Below, one piece after another: positions 28,070-32,004 of a DNA stretch of 32,004 nucleotides. Origin of the DNA: Snowella sp. (GTDB lineage: Bacteria; Cyanobacteriota; Cyanobacteriia; Cyanobacteriales; Microcystaceae). The translations under genes and the position numbers were made by a program. The stretch spans positions 1 through 32,004 of the forward strand of contig JAYKGY010000088.1 of assembly GCA_035285545.1 (NCBI GenBank). The letters are read 5' to 3'. Under the pieces are notes generated by a model that made no database searches, was not told the origin of the DNA, and saw only the letters and a list, made by a program, of their open reading frames with translations. The first letter of the stretch is position 1; every line of letters starts with the position of its first letter.

Positions 28070-29977
28070 ATGGCAATTAAACCGCAACCGGCCTGGCGAC
28101 GGCAATTGGGGGCTTTTCTGATCTGGGGCGCAACGATTTTTCTATTAGTGAATCTCTTTGCACCGCAACTTTTTGGCCCTTCTATTCCTAAAGTGCCCTA
28201 CAGTCTCTTTATCGATCAAGTGGAAGACGGTAAAGTTCTGAGTGTTTATGTGGCTCAAAACGAAATTCGTTACCAACTCAAGCCCGAACAATCGACTCAA
28301 AATGGTCAAGCCTTGGAACGGGGACAAATTCTGAGTACGACCCCCATTTTTGATTTAGAATTACCCAAACGTTTAGAAGCCAAAGGTATTGAGTTTGCGG
28401 CGGCTCCTCCTCCTCGGAATAATTGGATTGGTAGCTTGCTGAGTTGGGTGATTCCTCCCCTAATTTTTGTGGGAATTTGGCAATTTTTCCTCAATCGGGG
28501 TGGCGGTGGCGGCCCTGCGGGGGCATTATCCTTTACCAAAAGTAAAGCCAAAGTTTATGTCGAAGAAGACACCGCTAAAATTACCTTTGCTGATGTGGCA
28601 GGGGTAGAAGAAGCCAAAACCGAATTAACAGAAATTGTTGAATTCCTCAAGAGTCCTCAACGTTACCAAGCGATCGGGGCACGGATTCCCAAAGGCGTTT
28701 TATTAGTCGGGCCACCAGGGACAGGAAAAACCCTTTTAGCCAAAGCGGTTGCGGGGGAAGCGGGGGTTCCGTTTTTTAGTATTTCAGGTTCAGAATTTGT
28801 CGAACTTTTTGTGGGTGCGGGTGCGGCCCGGGTTCGCGATTTGTTTGAACAAGCCAAAAAACAAGCTCCCTGTATCATCTTTATTGATGAATTAGACGCG
28901 ATCGGCAAATCCCGTGCCACTGGTGGTTTTATGGGGGGTAATGATGAGCGGGAACAAACCCTCAATCAATTACTCACGGAAATGGATGGCTTTAGTGCTA
29001 ATGGTGCCACGGTGATTGTTTTAGCAGCAACCAACCGGCCGGAAACCTTGGATTCTGCCTTGCTCCGTCCAGGTCGCTTTGATCGCCAAGTGCTGGTTGA
29101 CCGTCCTGATTTATCGGGTCGTCTTCGCATTTTAGAAATTTATGCCAGCAAAATTAAACTCGATAAAGATGCCAACCTGAAGGAAATTGCGACTCGTACC
29201 CCAGGCTTTGCGGGCGCAGACTTAGCCAACTTGGTGAATGAAGCTGCCCTATTAGCTGCCCGAAATCATCGCGAAAGCGTCAGCCAAGATGACTTTAAAG
29301 AAGCCATTGAACGGGTGGTAGCCGGTCTAGAGAAGAAAAGTCGTGTGTTATCCGATAAGGAAAAGAAAATCGTTGCCTATCATGAAGTGGGCCACGCCCT
29401 AGTGGGTGCAGTGATGCCTGGTGGTGGTAAAGTCGCGAAAATCTCGATTATTCCTCGCGGGATGGCAGCCTTGGGTTATACCCTGCAAATGCCAACGGAA
29501 GATCGTTTCTTGATGGATGAGTCGGAGCTGCGGGATCAAATTGCAACCCTTTTAGGCGGTCGGTCGGCTGAGGAAATCGTCTTTAGTAGCGTGACCACCG
29601 GAGCCGCAAATGATCTACAACGAGCTACCGATTTAGCCGAACAGATGGTGACAACCTACGGCATGAGTAAGGTGTTAGGCCCCCTTGCCTATGAAAAAGG
29701 TCAACAAAATGCGTTCCTAAAAGATGGCATGATGAATCCCCGTCGAATGGTCAGTGCAGAAACCGCCAAGGCGATCGATGAGGAAGTCAAAGAAATCGTC
29801 GAAACGGGCCATCAACAGGCTCTACGCATTCTGGAAACCAATCGAGATCTGTTAGAAACTATTGCTAATAAGATTTTGGAAACGGAAGTCATTGAAGGCG
29901 ATGCGCTACAAAGTTTGCTCGATCAGGTGAAAACACCCGAAACCATTCCGGTTAAGGTCGCCATTCCCCAGATGTAG
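28070..29977 (+). CDS. ftsH4: ATP-dependent zinc metalloprotease FtsH, FtsH4 type
   Basis: Two TM segments, Walker A GPPGTGKT, Walker [20 protein letters not shown], zinc motif HEVGH. The N-terminus [18 protein letters not shown] resembles Synechocystis FtsH4 as recalled. Confidence 0.93.
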   Translation: MAIKPQPAWRRQLGAFLIWGATIFLLVNLFAPQLFGPSIPKVPYSLFIDQVEDGKVLSVYVAQNEIRYQLKPEQSTQNGQALERGQILSTTPIFDLELPKRLEAKGIEFAAAPPPRNNWIGSLLSWVIPPLIFVGIWQFFLNRGGGGGPAGALSFTKSKAKVYVEEDTAKITFADVAGVEEAKTELTEIVEFLKSPQRYQAIGARIPKGVLLVGPPGTGKTLLAKAVAGEAGVPFFSISGSEFVELFVGAGAARVRDLFEQAKKQAPCIIFIDELDAIGKSRATGGFMGGNDEREQTLNQLLTEMDGFSANGATVIVLAATNRPETLDSALLRPGRFDRQVLVDRPDLSGRLRILEIYASKIKLDKDANLKEIATRTPGFAGADLANLVNEAALLAARNHRESVSQDDFKEAIERVVAGLEKKSRVLSDKEKKIVAYHEVGHALVGAVMPGGGKVAKISIIPRGMAALGYTLQMPTEDRFLMDESELRDQIATLLGGRSAEEIVFSSVTTGAANDLQRATDLAEQMVTTYGMSKVLGPLAYEKGQQNAFLKDGMMNPRRMVSAETAKAIDEEVKEIVETGHQQALRILETNRDLLETIANKILETEVIEGDALQSLLDQVKTPETIPVKVAIPQM

Positions 29978-30021
29978 ATTAAACCATTTGTTCATTGCAT
30001 TGATTAAAAGTTAATTCAAAC

Positions 30022-30071
30022 GGGTAGTTGGGAAAGTATTGTTGGTCGGTACTTCTCGAACTACCTTTTTT
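30022..30071 (+). terminator. Putative intrinsic terminator after ftsH4
   Basis: GGTAGTT...AACTACC outer stem with inner AAGTA/TACTT pairing, followed by TTTTTT. Confidence 0.6.
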
Positions 30072-30154
30072 ATTCTTGTCCGCGATCGCGTCACTGAGCC
30101 TTGACCTGCAAAAATAGGATAAAATTCAAAAGGCATATACTTAGTACGGATCAA

Positions 30155-30721
30155 ATGAGTGCACAGACGATGACCAAAGCCAGCCAAGTTCTTCGCCAAG
30201 AGGTAATCGGGGCGCGTAGATTGAGTAATTATTTTTGGGCCACCATTTCGTCCATTGGGGGAGTTGGTTTTTTACTGGCGGGGCTTTCAAGTTATCTGAA
30301 TGTTAATTTGTTGTTAGTGAGTGATCCCACCGATTTACAATTTATTCCCCAAGGTATTGCCCTCCTCTTTTACGGTATTGTCGGTTCTTCGTTAGCTTCC
30401 TATGTTTGGTTAACCGTTCTCTGGAATGTGGGAGGGGGTTATAACGAATTTAATAAAGCAACCGGCCAAGTCACGATTTTTCGTTGGGGCTTTCCTGGCC
30501 AAAATCGTCGCATCGAATTAACTTTACCGATCGCCGATGTTCAATCCGTCCGAGCCGATATTAAAGAAGGACTAAACCCCAAACGCGCTTTATATTTACG
30601 AGCAAAACAACGTCGAGATATTCCCTTAACCCGTGTGGGTCAACCGATTTCGCTATCGAGTTTAGAAAATCAAGGCGCAGAACTGGCTCGCTTTTTAGGG
30701 GTTTCTCTAGAAGGTCTATAA
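30155..30721 (+). CDS. ycf4: Photosystem I assembly protein Ycf4
   Basis: GARRLSNYFWA, GFLLAGLSSY, F.PQGI...FYG, WNVGGGYNEFN, IFRWGFPG.NR, IPLTR, AELARFL. ATG 30155 is preferred over TTG 30101. Confidence 0.97.
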   Translation: MSAQTMTKASQVLRQEVIGARRLSNYFWATISSIGGVGFLLAGLSSYLNVNLLLVSDPTDLQFIPQGIALLFYGIVGSSLASYVWLTVLWNVGGGYNEFNKATGQVTIFRWGFPGQNRRIELTLPIADVQSVRADIKEGLNPKRALYLRAKQRRDIPLTRVGQPISLSSLENQGAELARFLGVSLEGL

Positions 30722-30776
30722 TGGCCGTTTGGAGACTTTAATCTGTCTCTAAATTCAATTACTAAATGATTAATGA

Positions 30777-31532
30777 ATGCGTCAACTTTTGAACATGACT
30801 AAATATTGGTGGCAAGTAATCGCTTCGAGTCTTTTGATGGCCAGTTTGTTGATAACGGGTTGTTCTAACTCTGAGGCCATTCCCCCGTCGGTCAGTTCTT
30901 CCCCTGTTACCACTGCACAAGCATCAAATTTAACAATGGATAATTACAAACCTCGTTTAGAAGGCAAAGCCACCGTTGAAATGATCGTCAAAGGTTCGCC
31001 GATTATTATTGAAGTGGATGGAGAAAATGCACCTGTAACCGCCGGTAATTTCGTCGATTTAGTCGAAAGAGGAGTTTATAACGGACTTACTTTCCATCGA
31101 GTTGTCAAATCTCCCCAACCCTTTGTGGTACAAGGTGGCGATCCCAAAGGCAACGGAACGGGCGGATTTATTGACCCTACAACCAAAAAAGCTCGTAATG
31201 TTCCCTTAGAAATCAAACTAAAAGAGCAAGGTTCCGATAAGCCTGGTGAAATTATTTATGGTAAAGGGCTGGGACAACAATCAGGTATCGTCAATCCTCC
31301 GGTTGTCTTACCTCACAAACGAGGGGCCGTTGCGATGGCGCGATCGCAAATGCCAGATTCTGCTTCTTCCCAGTTTTACTTTGCCCTGTCCGATGATTTA
31401 GGTTTCCTCGATGGCGACTATGCGGTTTTTGGCTATGTCACAAAGGGGATGGATGTCGTTGATAAAATTAATCAAGGCGATAAGATTGAATCGGCCAAAG
31501 TGGTTTCAGGTGCAGAAAATCTTAAAAAATAA
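30777..31532 (+). CDS. Cyclophilin-type peptidyl-prolyl cis-trans isomerase, predicted lipoprotein
   Basis: Lipobox LITGC; motifs [52 protein letters not shown]. Confidence 0.95.
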   Translation: MRQLLNMTKYWWQVIASSLLMASLLITGCSNSEAIPPSVSSSPVTTAQASNLTMDNYKPRLEGKATVEMIVKGSPIIIEVDGENAPVTAGNFVDLVERGVYNGLTFHRVVKSPQPFVVQGGDPKGNGTGGFIDPTTKKARNVPLEIKLKEQGSDKPGEIIYGKGLGQQSGIVNPPVVLPHKRGAVAMARSQMPDSASSQFYFALSDDLGFLDGDYAVFGYVTKGMDVVDKINQGDKIESAKVVSGAENLKK

Positions 31533-31571
31533 CTGAACTTTAGTCGTCTTGTACTAGCGACCCAGTAGTCT

Positions 31572-31600
31572 AAATCCCTCTTTATTGGGGGATTTTTTTT
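31572..31600 (+). terminator. Intrinsic terminator after the ycf4-cyclophilin pair
   Basis: AAATCCCTC-TTTATT-GGGGGATTT followed by a T-run. Confidence 0.75.
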
Positions 31601-31883
31601 GCGTTTTCAAAATTTTTGGGCTATCTGGACTACCGTTCTTATGGGAAATAGCCCTATCTTAGCAAAGAAACAGGTGGCCGTTCATCTTCAACAACCACGC
31701 AAATAGTCCACTAAACCAAAAAGTACCCGCCTTTGTTGCCCCATTGAACCCGTCTATCACGGTCTTGATCTAAGGGAAAGCGATATCCCCATTGAGCGGG
31801 TTAATGCCTCGCAGCCTCAGAACAACGCTCCCATCCTTCGTTTTAACCTTGTTCCCCAATTCTCTGTCTACTGGGTGGCTTAA

Positions 31884-31901
31884 GAGCCTATCCGAAAAGT
31901 C
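31884..31901. mobile_element. Possible IS5-family (IS1031-group-like) terminal sequence
   Basis: TAA|GAGCCTATCCGAAAAGTC has a GAG start preceded by a TNA triplet, as recalled for IS1031-group ends. No transposase is visible in the window. Confidence 0.35.
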
Positions 31902-32004
31902 AATAGGAACGAAATTGGTACATTTTAGCGAACGCTAACTTCACTAGCTAGGTGGACGGTTATTTCCCTAGCAAATGCTCGGATAACTATCTCTCAAATG
32001 AGTC

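Larger units (their letters stand above)
412..31347. repeat. Dispersed HIP1 octamer GCGATCGC (about 40 copies by manual count; coordinates span the first to the last copy)
   Basis: Copies seen at e.g. 412, 3161, 7833, 8272, 11022, 17033, 19772, 20252, 25732, 30082. HIP1 is the established highly iterated palindrome of cyanobacteria. Confidence 0.95.

Noticed and set aside
502..30199. Short ORFs overlapping longer genes (e.g. 502-738, 1209-1460, 3143-3358, 4791-5222, 10601-10879, 24342-24572, 27727-28005, 28663-28965, 30011-30199)
   Set aside because: They are antisense or alternate-frame shadows of well-supported genes, with no recognisable motifs.
1..32004. CRISPR array, rRNA, riboswitch or anti-phage defence operon
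   Set aside because: No regularly spaced repeats, rRNA-like sequence or recognisable riboswitch were seen. The cyclase-channel pair superficially recalls Pycsar (cyclase plus cNMP-binding membrane effector). However, its TM-sensor-HAMP architecture, MscS pore and eroded catalytic site fit a sensory module better.

Overview
This is chromosomal DNA from a unicellular cyanobacterium. A manual scan finds about 40 copies of the HIP1 octamer GCGATCGC, and the HliD, FtsH4 and Ycf4 proteins look close to Synechocystis-type sequences (taxonomy is inference). Most of the window is core housekeeping or photosynthesis genes: chlD, hliD (56 aa, missed by the ORF track), tRNA-Arg(ACG), an MFS transporter, a GHL10 hydrolase, pdxJ-ycf54, a class I/II aminotransferase, ctaCDE, ugd, uxs, cruG-cruF, GNAT-ruvX, hrcA, a rhodanese, ftsH4, ycf4 and a cyclophilin. 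An internally deleted IS1634 remnant sits at the left edge and a possible IS5-like end at the right edge. The most interesting part is the block at about 19.1-26.1 kb: DUF29, a secreted Ntn acylase, a membrane receptor class III cyclase, an MscS-cNMP channel and yqhA. The cyclase has lost most canonical catalytic residues but keeps its sensor, HAMP and transducer elements. It is tightly coupled to the channel, whose cNMP domain also lacks the conserved phosphate-binding Arg. The pair is a candidate pseudo-cyclase/channel signalling module. All assignments come from motif recognition by eye; no database searches were run.
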